Shown in pieces: positions 33,687 through 42,845 of a stretch of 62,695 bases of DNA. The position numbers and the translations under genes were made by a program. The DNA comes from a virus. The first letter of the stretch is position 1. The number at the start of each line of letters is the position of its first letter. The stretch is from the IMG/VR virus record IMGVR_UViG_3300002461_000278, positions 1 through 62,695 of that record; one strand, 5' to 3'. The notes under the pieces were generated by a model, which worked only from the letters and a program-made list of their open reading frames with translations, searched no databases and was not told the origin of the DNA.

Positions 33687-34400
33687 ATGCGTTTCTTCTC
33701 GATGCAGCTCAAGGACCTCAACACCGGGCTGGCCATCATCACCGCCGGCGGCAAAGTCTATGTCGCCGTCTCTGGTTCGCCCGCCAAGCAGGCCCTTGTG
33801 AACAAGGACGGCTCCGCGCTGTCCAACCCGATCACGCCGACGCGCGGCAAGATCGAGTTCTACGTCGCTTCCGACGACACCACGACCGTTGACCTCTACG
33901 GCATGGCGCCGGGCGGTCAGTCGTTCCAGGCCATCGGCATCACTGCCTCGGGCCCGAACGAGATCGGTATCGACTGCAGCCGTCGCCACCAGGTGCTCGT
34001 GATCCCGTACTCGATCGCCGACACCTTGGCCGCCACAGAAACCGTGACCGGCTTCAAAACCGGCATCGACAAGATGTGGTTGCCGAACCCGATGGCGAAG
34101 ACCGTCACGCTCGATGCCACCGAGACCATCGATGTCGGCACCGATGGCGCCGGCTCGAACGATCCGGACGGCTTCCTCGCCGCCGCGTCGGTTGCGACCG
34201 CCGTACTCGTCAAAGGTACGCTGCTCGCTTCGGGTGCGACCATGGGTGCGCTGTTCTCTGTGCTGGACAGCGCCAACGCCGGCGATGATGCCCCGGAAGG
34301 GTTCATCAACGCGGCCGACGAGGACATCACCTACACGCTGTCCGCCGGCACCGACACCGCCCGCGGCTATATCTACCTGCCGTACCTGCTGGCCGCTTAA
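33687..34400 (+). CDS. Hypothetical virion protein (237 aa)
   Basis: ORF track. It is flanked by terminators, so it may be highly expressed. Confidence 0.6.
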   Translation: MRFFSMQLKDLNTGLAIITAGGKVYVAVSGSPAKQALVNKDGSALSNPITPTRGKIEFYVASDDTTTVDLYGMAPGGQSFQAIGITASGPNEIGIDCSRRHQVLVIPYSIADTLAATETVTGFKTGIDKMWLPNPMAKTVTLDATETIDVGTDGAGSNDPDGFLAAASVATAVLVKGTLLASGATMGALFSVLDSANAGDDAPEGFINAADEDITYTLSAGTDTARGYIYLPYLLAA

Positions 34401-34419
34401 GCCAGCCGACGACAACGAA

Positions 34420-34446
34420 GGGCCGGGCCGCAATGCCCGGCCCTTC
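34420..34446 (+). terminator. Intrinsic terminator
   Basis: GGGCCGGGC cgcaat GCCCGGCCC followed by TTCAAG. Confidence 0.55.
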
Positions 34447-34506
34447 AAGACCGATCGCCGTTGCGACCGAGTGTGCTGAAGCGAACCAACTGAGGACTGA
34501 GGACAC

Positions 34507-35238
34507 ATGAACCAAAATCAGCAGCAGAAACCGCCCGAGCAGGCGAAGCCGCAGGAGCAGACGCCGGCGGCGATCGCCACCACGGCCGTCGAACAGGCCA
34601 AGCCCGAACAGGTAAAGCCCGAGCAGCTCACCCAGGCGAAGCCGCAGCAGGGCAACGAGCAGCCGACGCAGCAGCAGCCCCGCGCCGAAGCGGTGCAGGG
34701 TGCCGCGGCCGCCGCCAAGCCGCTCGAGCCGAAAGGCCCGCGCACCGTCCTGATCATGGACACGACCGCGACACAGGACAGCGGCCCCCGCACGCATCTG
34801 CAGATGGTCAACGGCCTGAAAAAGAGCTTCACGTTCAAGCCGCAGGAGCCCTTGCCGCTCCCGATCGAGGTCGCCACCAAGTTCCTGCGCCAACCCGACG
34901 TGTTCAAGCTCGTGGACGAGAAGGGCGAGTTTCAGCCCTACAAGCGTCAGCCGAAGCAGCCCGAAGAACTCGGCGCCGGCGAGAAGCTCGAGCTGGCCGA
35001 AGATGCCACGATCGCCCGCTTCGACGAACTGTCGATGCCGGCGCTCATGCAGCGCACGCTCGAGCTGCCCGGCGGCGAGAAGTTCGCCATTGCCGAAGAT
35101 CGCCCGGAGCGCGCCGAGCTGGTCGCCTTCCTGATTGAAGCGGCCAAGGCAAAGCGGGCCGCTCTGAAATCGGTCGCGCCGGATGTCGGCCCGGACGAAT
35201 TCATTCCGGACGCCGTCCTCGACGAAGACGCGGCCTAA
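34507..35238 (+). CDS. Hypothetical protein with a Gln/Pro/Lys-rich N terminus
   Basis: ORF track, with GAGGA upstream. Confidence 0.6.
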   Translation: MNQNQQQKPPEQAKPQEQTPAAIATTAVEQAKPEQVKPEQLTQAKPQQGNEQPTQQQPRAEAVQGAAAAAKPLEPKGPRTVLIMDTTATQDSGPRTHLQMVNGLKKSFTFKPQEPLPLPIEVATKFLRQPDVFKLVDEKGEFQPYKRQPKQPEELGAGEKLELAEDATIARFDELSMPALMQRTLELPGGEKFAIAEDRPERAELVAFLIEAAKAKRAALKSVAPDVGPDEFIPDAVLDEDAA

Positions 35239-35244
35239 ACGGCC

Positions 35245-35991
35245 ATGTCGGCCATCCTCTCAGCCAAGAAGATCTGCGAGGAGGCACTCGGCGCCGGCGG
35301 AGCTTTCCCGACATCGGAGAGCGCCGCGGCGCCGGAGCAACTGCGGCGCGCCATGTCGTGGCTCGACCTCATCATGGCCGAGAAAAGCGGGGTGGGGCGG
35401 CTGTTCTTCCTCATCCCGGCCACGCTCTCGATGCCGATCGAGAACGGCACCGCGAGCTACAACCTCAACCAGGCGCTGGGATCCGACCTGCCGGTCGACA
35501 AGATCCAGTTCCCGGTCGAGGCATGGCTTGAAGACGCCGAGGGCAACCGCTCGCCCATCGAGATCTCCACGCTGGAGAAGTTCGAAGCCGTCTCGAATGC
35601 GGATCAGACCGGCACGCCGGTGATGATCCACATCGACAGGTTGCCGACGTCTCCGGTGCTTCGCATCCGCCCGTTCCCGGCGGCCGACAGCGCTGCCGAC
35701 TTCACGCTCAAGCTGGTGGTGCAGACCTACGCTCCAAACGTCGCACCGGGCGGCGTCACCGGCACGCTCCCGTCAGGCTCGATCCTGACCGGCTTTCGCC
35801 AGGCGTGGCAGCGCTGGCTGATCTGGCAGCTCGCAGCCGATCTGTTCGTCGGCCCGATCTTCAAACTGCCGAAGTCGAGCACGGACGAATTCCAGCGCAA
35901 GGCGAACCTCGCAATGGCCGAGCTGGAGCGGTTCGAGAACGACGAGCACGACACCGAGCCCCCGATCGCAGATTCTTGGGATAGGCCCTGA
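35245..35991 (+). CDS. Virion structural protein, possible head-tail adaptor
   Basis: 248 aa. The functional call rests on position only. Confidence 0.5.
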   Translation: MSAILSAKKICEEALGAGGAFPTSESAAAPEQLRRAMSWLDLIMAEKSGVGRLFFLIPATLSMPIENGTASYNLNQALGSDLPVDKIQFPVEAWLEDAEGNRSPIEISTLEKFEAVSNADQTGTPVMIHIDRLPTSPVLRIRPFPAADSAADFTLKLVVQTYAPNVAPGGVTGTLPSGSILTGFRQAWQRWLIWQLAADLFVGPIFKLPKSSTDEFQRKANLAMAELERFENDEHDTEPPIADSWDRP

Positions 35992-35993
35992 CG

Positions 35994-37148
35994 ATGGCAT
36001 TCCGCGGCACAGTCCCTGATTTTCAGCTCGCCAACCCGCTCTACACGGCGGCGCAGGTCAGCTTTTACACCGTCGATGAGAACGGTGACGCGACGACCAC
36101 GCTTGCCACGCTCTATGCCGAGCCGACAGGCGTTCAGACCGTCGGCAATCCGCAGACACTCGACAGTGAGGGCAAGTTTGTCGCGCCGATCTACATCGAG
36201 GGCCCGGTCATTGCCGAAGTCGTGGGGCCGAACGTCGGCTCGCACAGGACCGGCATCATCTCCGGCCGCGGCCGCTGGCGGGATGACTGGCTGACAGCGA
36301 CCCTCTATCACACCGACGATTTCCTGCGGGATCCGGTGTCGGGCGACATCCTCGTCGCCACCAATGATTACATTTCCGGCGCGTCGGTCTCGATCGACGT
36401 CGTCGCGGGCAACCTGCAGGTCATCATCAGCCAGGTGTCGCTCATCAGCGGCGGCGCTGGTCTGGCGATCAAGGCGCCGGTGAAGGTCGCAACCACGGCG
36501 AATATCGCGCTCGCAGGCCTGCAGACGATCGACACGAGCTATACGACGGTCGCGGGCGATCGCGTGCTTGTCAAAGACCAGTCCGACACCACGCAGAACG
36601 GGATCTGGAACGCTGCCGCCGGCGCATGGACCCGCGCTGTCGATTGCGATGCCAGCGCCAAGTTCGGCAACGGCATGATCGTCTTTGTCATCAACGGCAC
36701 CGTTGGTCACAACCGGGCGTTCCAGGCGGTCATTGCTTCCCCGTTCACCCTCGGTACCGATGCAGTGCTGTGGGAAGCGGCCGACATTCCGAATTCCGCG
36801 ATCGAAGTGCAGTTCGGATCGCCGCCCGATGGCCAGCTCACCGCCGGCGTGAAGGGCTATCGCCATGTGCCGTTCGACTGCACGATCACCAGCAACCGCC
36901 TGATCGGCAATCGTGCCGGTTCGATCGTCGTCGACATCTACAAAGCGACGTTTCCGGCCGTGCCGACCTCGGGCGATACGATCACCGCCAGCGCCAAGCC
37001 GACGCTCGCGGCCGCGCAGACGTCGCAAGACGCCACCCTTACGGGCTGGACCAAGACGCTGCGCAAGGGCGACGTGCTCGCCTTCGAGATCCTCAGCGTC
37101 AGCGGCTTGCAGTTCGTGACGCTGTATTTACCCGTTACGCGCAGCTAG
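35994..37148 (+). CDS. Tail/structural protein; its C-terminal ~100-aa domain is paralogous to that of 40066..40569
   Basis: GVKGYRHVPFDCTITSNRLIGNRAGSIVVDIYK... aligns with GFKGYQPVPFDGIIVGCSLIADRAGSIVFDIYR... Confidence 0.6.
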   Translation: MAFRGTVPDFQLANPLYTAAQVSFYTVDENGDATTTLATLYAEPTGVQTVGNPQTLDSEGKFVAPIYIEGPVIAEVVGPNVGSHRTGIISGRGRWRDDWLTATLYHTDDFLRDPVSGDILVATNDYISGASVSIDVVAGNLQVIISQVSLISGGAGLAIKAPVKVATTANIALAGLQTIDTSYTTVAGDRVLVKDQSDTTQNGIWNAAAGAWTRAVDCDASAKFGNGMIVFVINGTVGHNRAFQAVIASPFTLGTDAVLWEAADIPNSAIEVQFGSPPDGQLTAGVKGYRHVPFDCTITSNRLIGNRAGSIVVDIYKATFPAVPTSGDTITASAKPTLAAAQTSQDATLTGWTKTLRKGDVLAFEILSVSGLQFVTLYLPVTRS

Positions 37149-37157
37149 GAGCCGCCA

Positions 37158-37574
37158 ATGCGATACGCCGTCGTGATCGGATCGACCGTCGTCCACGTCT
37201 CCGAGACAGAGCCGCATGCCGCAATCATCCCGGATGACCTCGCGGTCTCTCCGGCGTGGCTCTACGAAGAGGGGCGCTTCATCGCCCCTCCGCCGCCGGC
37301 GCCTTGGCAGATCAAGATGCTCGACGGCCAATATCCGGTGGAAGCCCTCGAGGTGGTCGACAAGCACTCAATGCCGCCTGGCGTCGATTCCAAGGCCAGT
37401 GACAGCACGCGCGTCAGCGTCATCACCCATACCGGCGTGGTCGAAGTGCAAAACGGCGACTGGCTGGTTCGCGCGCGGCCCGACGCCAGCGCCGCGGCCA
37501 TCGAATATCTCAAGATGGGCGATGCATCGCTGATCCGGCTTCCCTTCGATCAAGCGCTCGCGCGCCTAGTCTAG
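37158..37574 (+). CDS. Hypothetical protein (138 aa)
   Basis: ORF track, with AGGAG upstream. Confidence 0.6.
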   Translation: MRYAVVIGSTVVHVSETEPHAAIIPDDLAVSPAWLYEEGRFIAPPPPAPWQIKMLDGQYPVEALEVVDKHSMPPGVDSKASDSTRVSVITHTGVVEVQNGDWLVRARPDASAAAIEYLKMGDASLIRLPFDQALARLV

Positions 37575-37581
37575 GTTCATC

Positions 37582-38859
37582 ATGCTCATTCTGCCGGAAC
37601 GCGGGCTTGCTCGCGGCAAGATACTCATGCCGATGCGCCCGGCGCTGTGGCGTCAGCCGTCGCAGCGCGCTGCGACCTTCGGCATCGAGAACCAGACGCG
37701 CTATCGCCTGACGGCGAGGCTCAACGACGGTTTCATTCTTTGGCGCGGCTGGTTCGACGATCGCGAGGACGCCGACGCATTCTTGCTGTCGATGGTCACG
37801 GGCGCGCTGCTGCACGAGCGCGAACTCTGGCGGTTGCCAACGCCTGCCTGGTCGCCCGATCTCGGCGAGAACCTGCGCTACGACTTCGCCAGCGTCTCGT
37901 TCATCACGAGTTCGCCTGGATCGAACCAGACCTTCACGTCGCCGATCGACTGGAACAACTCGAATAATACGGTCGAGGCGATCGGTGGTGGTGCTGGCGG
38001 CGGAGGCAGTGCTGGCTCGCCTCTCGGCGCTGGCGTCGGCGGTGGCGGCGGTGCCTTTGCCAGTATCGGCAACTTCACCTTTGCCACGCCCGGAACGACC
38101 ACGGCGACGTGTCGTGTCGCTGCCGCGGGTTTGGGCGTCAGCAACGCGTATGCCGGCAACCCGGGCGGCGATACCTGGTTCAACGACACCGCGTTTCCGA
38201 CGACCGGGACCAAGCTGGGCGCCAAGGGAGCGGTCCCCGTTGACGCCTCTGTGTCACCCGGTGGCTCAGCGTCAGCATCCTATGCCCCGAGCGGCACAAA
38301 ATACGACGGAGGCGACGGTCGCGGCCCCACGAACGGTGGCGGCAACTGGCCAACGACCGGAGGCGGCGGTGCAGCCGGGCCAAATGGTGCAGGCAAGGCA
38401 TCGGGCGCTCACGCTGGCGGCGCGGGCAACGGCTCCTCCGGTGGCGGTGCGGCGAATAACGGCTCCGTCGGCGGTGACGCCTCAGGCACCACTGGTGGCC
38501 TCGGTGGCAATAACCGGCTCGGCACCGGTGGCGGTGCTGTCAACGGCGGCAACGGCTCCAGTGGAGGCGGCGGTGGCGGTGGAAACGGTCCTACCGGAAA
38601 CGGTGGCAATGGCAGCATGGACCCGGTTTGGGATCCGACGCACGGACCGGGCTCCGGCGGCGGCGCCAGCACGGGCAACGGATCGAATGCCGGCGTAGCC
38701 GGGGACGCTGGCCTGTACGGCGGCGGCGGTGGTGGCGGTGGCTTCGGCGCCGGCAGCATTGGCGGCGACGGCGGGCAAGGGATCATCGTTGCGACCTCCA
38801 CGCCGGTTGCTGGCGTCGGCGTCGACATGTCTTCACTCGGGATCATGTGTCTCCCATGA
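37582..38859 (+). CDS. Glycine-rich tail-fibre-like protein
   Basis: NNSNNTVEAIGGGAGGGGSAG is followed by long Gly-rich tracts that continue to the C terminus. Confidence 0.6.
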   Translation: MLILPERGLARGKILMPMRPALWRQPSQRAATFGIENQTRYRLTARLNDGFILWRGWFDDREDADAFLLSMVTGALLHERELWRLPTPAWSPDLGENLRYDFASVSFITSSPGSNQTFTSPIDWNNSNNTVEAIGGGAGGGGSAGSPLGAGVGGGGGAFASIGNFTFATPGTTTATCRVAAAGLGVSNAYAGNPGGDTWFNDTAFPTTGTKLGAKGAVPVDASVSPGGSASASYAPSGTKYDGGDGRGPTNGGGNWPTTGGGGAAGPNGAGKASGAHAGGAGNGSSGGGAANNGSVGGDASGTTGGLGGNNRLGTGGGAVNGGNGSSGGGGGGGNGPTGNGGNGSMDPVWDPTHGPGSGGGASTGNGSNAGVAGDAGLYGGGGGGGGFGAGSIGGDGGQGIIVATSTPVAGVGVDMSSLGIMCLP

Positions 38860-39149
38860 CAAAATCGATCTTCAACGGCCACGGCTACTTCATGAACGAC
38901 GACCGCGCCTCTGGCGGCAAGCTCGCCGAGGATGACATCGTCGCCTGCGCGCATCACAACGGCGCGCTCAAAAAGTCGAAGTGGAAGCTGCAAGGCGGCA
39001 TGTGCATGGTTTGTGCCAAGCCGCTCTGCCACGCCTGCTACGTGCGCACCAAGCAGTTCGGCTGCGAAGGTCCTGAGGAAAAGCGCATCGAGAAGATCGT
39101 CAACGACACCTACCGCCTCGAGCAGAACGCCAAGGTGCTCGGCATCTAA
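38856..39149 (+). CDS. Cys-rich hypothetical protein (97 aa)
   Basis: ATG at 38856 forms an ATGA overlap. The Cys pattern is CAHH...CMVC..PLCHAC. Confidence 0.5.
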   Translation: MTKSIFNGHGYFMNDDRASGGKLAEDDIVACAHHNGALKKSKWKLQGGMCMVCAKPLCHACYVRTKQFGCEGPEEKRIEKIVNDTYRLEQNAKVLGI

Positions 39150-39249
39150 TTCCAATTCCGGCCCATAAAGCCGGATGAGCCCAAACGCCCTTGGGCAAGG
39201 CACTCGCGCCGGTGATGAGCCGCCGCATTCCTGATCAATGGAGCCCTCT

Positions 39250-39717
39250 ATGCCGACTTATTCTTCCGGCAACGGCGCATTCACGCCTGCCACCAACCAA
39301 GACAACTGGACGCTCGACCCGCAGACCGCGGGCATCTTCGGTAAGGTCGTGGCGATCGGCTGGGGCGGTCGCTTGACCACCTCGACCGGCTACCGCACCC
39401 GCTGGACCCGCCCGACGACCGGCGGCGCCTCGACCTTCACCGCGTTGACCAACGCCTACCACAACCCGAACCAGGTCACGGTTGGCTCGCGCGTCGGCAC
39501 CTTCGCCACCGCGCCGACGCTCGCCGCTGACCCGGCCGGCAATCTCTGGGCGCAGGACTGGAACGCACAGGGCGGTGTCGGCCTGGTGGTCATGCCGCTG
39601 GCGAACCCGTGGTGGTTCGTTTACTCGGCCTCCGGCGGCTTGGGGCAGATCTCCTGCCGCAACATCGCCGGCACCGACGCCAACGGCTCGTCCTACGAAG
39701 CGACGATCGAAGAGTAG
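39250..39717 (+). CDS. Hypothetical virion protein (155 aa)
   Basis: ATG at 39250, 6 nt after GGAG. Confidence 0.55.
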   Translation: MPTYSSGNGAFTPATNQDNWTLDPQTAGIFGKVVAIGWGGRLTTSTGYRTRWTRPTTGGASTFTALTNAYHNPNQVTVGSRVGTFATAPTLAADPAGNLWAQDWNAQGGVGLVVMPLANPWWFVYSASGGLGQISCRNIAGTDANGSSYEATIEE

Positions 39718-39750
39718 GCGTTAACGCTTCGGGTTTTTCAGCGTGGTAAT

Positions 39751-39775
39751 CCTCCTGGTGCACCCCACCAGGAGG
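39751..39775 (+). promoter_or_regulatory. Perfect 10-bp hairpin that sequesters the Shine-Dalgarno of the next gene
   Basis: CCTCCTGGTG caccc CACCAGGAGG. The AGGAGG of the 3' arm lies 5 nt before ATG 39781. Confidence 0.5.
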
Positions 39776-39780
39776 ACACC

Positions 39781-40053
39781 ATGGCTGAAGCTCCGAAACC
39801 GAATGCCGATCTGATCAAGCAGCTCAAGGCGGTACTCGCCATGGCTGAGGCTGGCACCGTCACCAACGGTGTCGTCGTCGCGACCGGCGCAACCGTCTAT
39901 CACCGCACCTTCAGTGTGCCGAAGCCTGAAGACATGGCGCTGATGATCGGCGAACTCGACATGTTCAAGGTCGAGATGGGCTTGATCGTCATGGGCGGCC
40001 GCACGCAGCAGGATCAGCGCCGGAATGCCTTGATGGGCGGTCACCGGCAATGA
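39781..40053 (+). CDS. Hypothetical protein (90 aa)
   Basis: ORF track, with a strong SD. Confidence 0.55.
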   Translation: MAEAPKPNADLIKQLKAVLAMAEAGTVTNGVVVATGATVYHRTFSVPKPEDMALMIGELDMFKVEMGLIVMGGRTQQDQRRNALMGGHRQ

Positions 40054-40065
40054 TGTAGGTGTTCC

Positions 40066-40569
40066 ATGTTCGTCACCGGTACGCACGCAGCACATCGAGA
40101 AAGAGCGCTGCGGGGCAGCCGGTGGCTCTGGAATGGCCTGCAGGGACCGTCGGCGATACCGGCGGTCTTTCGCGATCGCTCGTTTCATAGCCCGGACTCG
40201 AGCGTCGGACTGCGCATCACGGCCGCTGGCGGAGGCGAAGTTCGCCGTGGCTTCAAGGGCTATCAGCCGGTCCCGTTCGACGGGATCATCGTTGGATGCA
40301 GCCTGATCGCCGATCGCGCTGGATCCATCGTCTTCGACATCTACCGCTCGAGCGCCGCGGCGTTCCCGCCGAGGCCTTCCGGGAGCCTGATGACGCTGTC
40401 GGCATTCCGACCGGCGCTCAATGGTCAGCAGGCCATGCTCGATAACGCGTTGTTCGGTTGGCATACCGCGCTGACGAAGGGTGAAATCCTCGGCTTCGAC
40501 GTCTTGAGCGCGTCGGGGATCAATACGGTGACGCTGACGCTCATCATCAGCGCCAATCACCGACCCTGA
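40066..40569 (+). CDS. Tail-associated protein; shares its N terminus with 40584..41273 and its C-terminal domain with 35994..37148
   Basis: MFVTGTHAAHRERALRG...GLQGP aligns with MFITGTHRAQQERAGRG...GVQGP. Confidence 0.55.
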   Translation: MFVTGTHAAHRERALRGSRWLWNGLQGPSAIPAVFRDRSFHSPDSSVGLRITAAGGGEVRRGFKGYQPVPFDGIIVGCSLIADRAGSIVFDIYRSSAAAFPPRPSGSLMTLSAFRPALNGQQAMLDNALFGWHTALTKGEILGFDVLSASGINTVTLTLIISANHRP

Positions 40570-40583
40570 AGGCTTAACGCACA

Positions 40584-41273
40584 GTGTTCATTACCGGCAC
40601 ACACCGCGCCCAACAGGAACGGGCAGGGCGCGGCGCGCAATTCTTACGACCGGGCGTCCAAGGCCCGAATGTCGACAACAACAACATCATCACCAATCGG
40701 ATCGCCACGCAGCAGGAACTGCCGTGGCATCCGCGGTCGTTCCTGCAGGCTGGCGTTCAAGGGCCCAATGTTCGATCGCCGACGCGCGATGCGATCTTCA
40801 CGCGGCAGGAACTGCCATCGCATCCCGGATCGGTGCTGCGGCCGAGCCTTCCCGGCTTCACCGTCAAGGCCCCGATACGCGATGTCATCCTCATTCGGCA
40901 GGAGATGCCGGGGCATCCGCCCTCGATCTTCCTTGCCGGTGTGCAGGGACCGGACGTCCGGTCGCCGACGCGCGACACGATCATCACGCGGCAGGAGCTG
41001 CCCGATCATCCTCGGTCGCGCTTCTACGCTGGTGTCCAGGGTCCGAACGTCGCGCCGAACCCGATGGTTCGGAACACGGTGTTCATCAGGCAGGAAATGC
41101 CGTGGCACCCGGCTTCACTGCTGATCTCGAACCCGCCGCCGGTCTTGAAGCAGATCCCGTTCGTGCGCGGCCTTCTCGTACTGCAGGAAATGCCTTGGCA
41201 CCCGCGCTCTCAGGTTCGCGCCGGCACGCCACCCACGTCCTACGAGGACGTCGAGTTTTTCATAATCCAATAA
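40584..41273 (+). CDS. Tandem-repeat protein (six ~31-34-aa repeats)
   Basis: GTG start. The repeat unit is GVQGPNVRSPTRD.I.TRQE(L/M)P.HP. Confidence 0.55.
   Translation: MFITGTHRAQQERAGRGAQFLRPGVQGPNVDNNNIITNRIATQQELPWHPRSFLQAGVQGPNVRSPTRDAIFTRQELPSHPGSVLRPSLPGFTVKAPIRDVILIRQEMPGHPPSIFLAGVQGPDVRSPTRDTIITRQELPDHPRSRFYAGVQGPNVAPNPMVRNTVFIRQEMPWHPASLLISNPPPVLKQIPFVRGLLVLQEMPWHPRSQVRAGTPPTSYEDVEFFIIQ
40650..41222 (+). repeat. Coding tandem repeats, period about 93-99 nt, six units
   Basis: (R/Q/L)QE(L/M)P(W/S/G/D)HP recurs six times at regular spacing. Confidence 0.8.
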
Positions 41274-41285
41274 GGACGCCTGACC

Positions 41286-41666
41286 ATGATCCGAGCGATG
41301 CTTCTGGCGCTTTTCCTATCGTCCTGCGGCACGCTCCTGCCTGCGCACGCGCAGCACAATCACGCCCAGCACCACGACACCTACCGCGATTGGGTCAACG
41401 GCAACGGCCGCGGCTGCTGCAACAAGCAGGACTGCGGCGAGCTGGCCGAAGAAAACGAGCGAACGACGCCGGGGGTCGGCATCGAAGTGCGCGTCGAAGG
41501 CCAATGGTGCCAGATCAAGCCTTGGCACTATCTCAAGAAGGGCAACGCGCCGAACTGGAGCACCGCGCATGTGTGCGTGCAGTTGCCGATGTCCGGCGAT
41601 GGCGAGCCGGATCTTCGCACGCCGTGCGAGCGGTTGCTCTGCTACCAGCCCAAGCCACTGTTCTAG
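41286..41666 (+). CDS. Exported Cys-rich protein (signal peptide or possible lipobox)
   Basis: MIRAMLLALFLSSCGTLLPAHA... followed by CCNKQDC. It lies directly upstream of the lysis genes. Confidence 0.6.
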   Translation: MIRAMLLALFLSSCGTLLPAHAQHNHAQHHDTYRDWVNGNGRGCCNKQDCGELAEENERTTPGVGIEVRVEGQWCQIKPWHYLKKGNAPNWSTAHVCVQLPMSGDGEPDLRTPCERLLCYQPKPLF

Positions 41667-41668
41667 CC

Positions 41669-41893
41669 ATGGCGAAGCGCAAAGCGCCGATCCTCATTCC
41701 GGGCTGGAAGCACAAGCTCTACCAGCTCTGGAGCATCCGGCTTTCACTGGCATGGGGCGCAATCTGCGGGCTCTACGCCGCATGGCCCGCGTTCCAGTCT
41801 GTGCTCGATCCCATCCCCTTCGCGCTTTGCTCGGTCTTCATGTGCGCGGCGATCGCCGGCGCGCGCGTTCTTAAGCAGAAGGGCGTCGACTGA
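41669..41893 (+). CDS. Holin/pinholin candidate (two TM, 74 aa)
   Basis: The TM segments are LSLAWGAICGLYAAWPAF and IPFALCSVFMCAAIAGA, with a basic C terminus. Its stop overlaps the endolysin start (TGATG). Confidence 0.5.
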   Translation: MAKRKAPILIPGWKHKLYQLWSIRLSLAWGAICGLYAAWPAFQSVLDPIPFALCSVFMCAAIAGARVLKQKGVD

Positions 41894-42384
41894 TGGCGAT
41901 GAGGCGCGGGCGGCTTTACATCGGCGCAGGCCTCGGCGGCGTCATGGCCGCGACCGCGACCCTCACCACACATTGGGAAGGCGTCAAGACGACCATCTAT
42001 CGCGACGTCATCGGCAAAGAGACGTTCTGCATCGGTGAGACCGATCTGTCGAAGTATCGCCCGAACATGACGATCGAGGACTGCCGGAAGCTGCTCGTCG
42101 AGCGGCTATGGGATTACGAGATCCCGCTGCAGAAGGCCGTCGGCCGCGCGATGCCGCCAAGCGTGCACGTCGCAATGCTCGATGCCTCGTACAATCTCGG
42201 CAATCGCGCCATGGCGCGCTCGAGCATGATGAAGCACCTGCAGCGCGGCGAGTGGCGTGAGGCCTGCGCGGCGCTGTCGCTCTACACGATGGCGGCCGGC
42301 AAGGTCATCAAGGGCCTGGTCAACCGCCGCGGCGATCCGGTTTGGGGCGAGCGCACGATCTGCGAGCAGGATCTGGCGCCATGA
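41893..42384 (+). CDS. Lysozyme-family (GH24-like) endolysin with a SAR-like N-terminal anchor
   Basis: The pattern HWEG...YRD..G..T.CIGET matches E-x8-D-x5-T. The N-terminal Gly/Ala-rich hydrophobic segment is LYIGAGLGGVMAATATL. Confidence 0.75.
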   Translation: MAMRRGRLYIGAGLGGVMAATATLTTHWEGVKTTIYRDVIGKETFCIGETDLSKYRPNMTIEDCRKLLVERLWDYEIPLQKAVGRAMPPSVHVAMLDASYNLGNRAMARSSMMKHLQRGEWREACAALSLYTMAAGKVIKGLVNRRGDPVWGERTICEQDLAP

Positions 42385-42845
42385 CCGAGCTGCTGCTGTC
42401 GTTCCTCACCTGGACGCCGTCGCTCGTCCTCTCCGGTGGCCTCGGCCTGGTCGGGATCCTCGGGCCCACGTTCGGCGCCTTCAAGCAATGGGCGATGCTC
42501 GCGCGCGTGATCGGCCTGCTGTTCCTCTGCGTGCACTGCTTCATGTGGGGCTTTCGCACCGCCGACGACAAAGCCGAGCAGAAAGCCATCACCGACGCCC
42601 TGCGCACGCAGGTGACGTCGCTCACGTCTCAGCTCGCCAACCAGAAGCTGATCGCGACGATCGCCGCCGGCGAGCGGACGCGATTGGCCGAGGAGAAGGC
42701 CGCCGCCGCCAGCCTTGCCGACGCATACAAGGCCGCTCTTGCCGAACAAACCGCAAAGGCCCCCGCCAATGCCTCGTGCACTATCGATGATGCTGATCTG
42801 CGCTTTCGTCGCAGCCTGCGCCGACCGGCCAAAGCCAAGCCCTGA
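42381..42845 (+). CDS. i-spanin-like protein
   Basis: It has an ATGA overlap with the endolysin gene, an N-terminal TM region, and a coiled-coil segment. Confidence 0.55.
   Translation: MTELLLSFLTWTPSLVLSGGLGLVGILGPTFGAFKQWAMLARVIGLLFLCVHCFMWGFRTADDKAEQKAITDALRTQVTSLTSQLANQKLIATIAAGERTRLAEEKAAAASLADAYKAALAEQTAKAPANASCTIDDADLRFRRSLRRPAKAKP

Noticed and set aside
37980-38800. Gly-codon-rich repetitive DNA as a CRISPR array or non-coding microsatellite.
   Set aside because: There is no repeat-spacer structure. The region is an open frame encoding Gly-rich tracts within a virion gene. No CRISPR, rRNA, reverse transcriptase (DGR or retron) or transposase was seen anywhere in the window.
40724-41893. 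A 389-aa plus-frame ORF spanning several genes.
   Set aside because: It is an off-frame read-through with Arg/Ala-rich composition. Only its last 74 codons (41669..41893, the holin candidate) look genuine.
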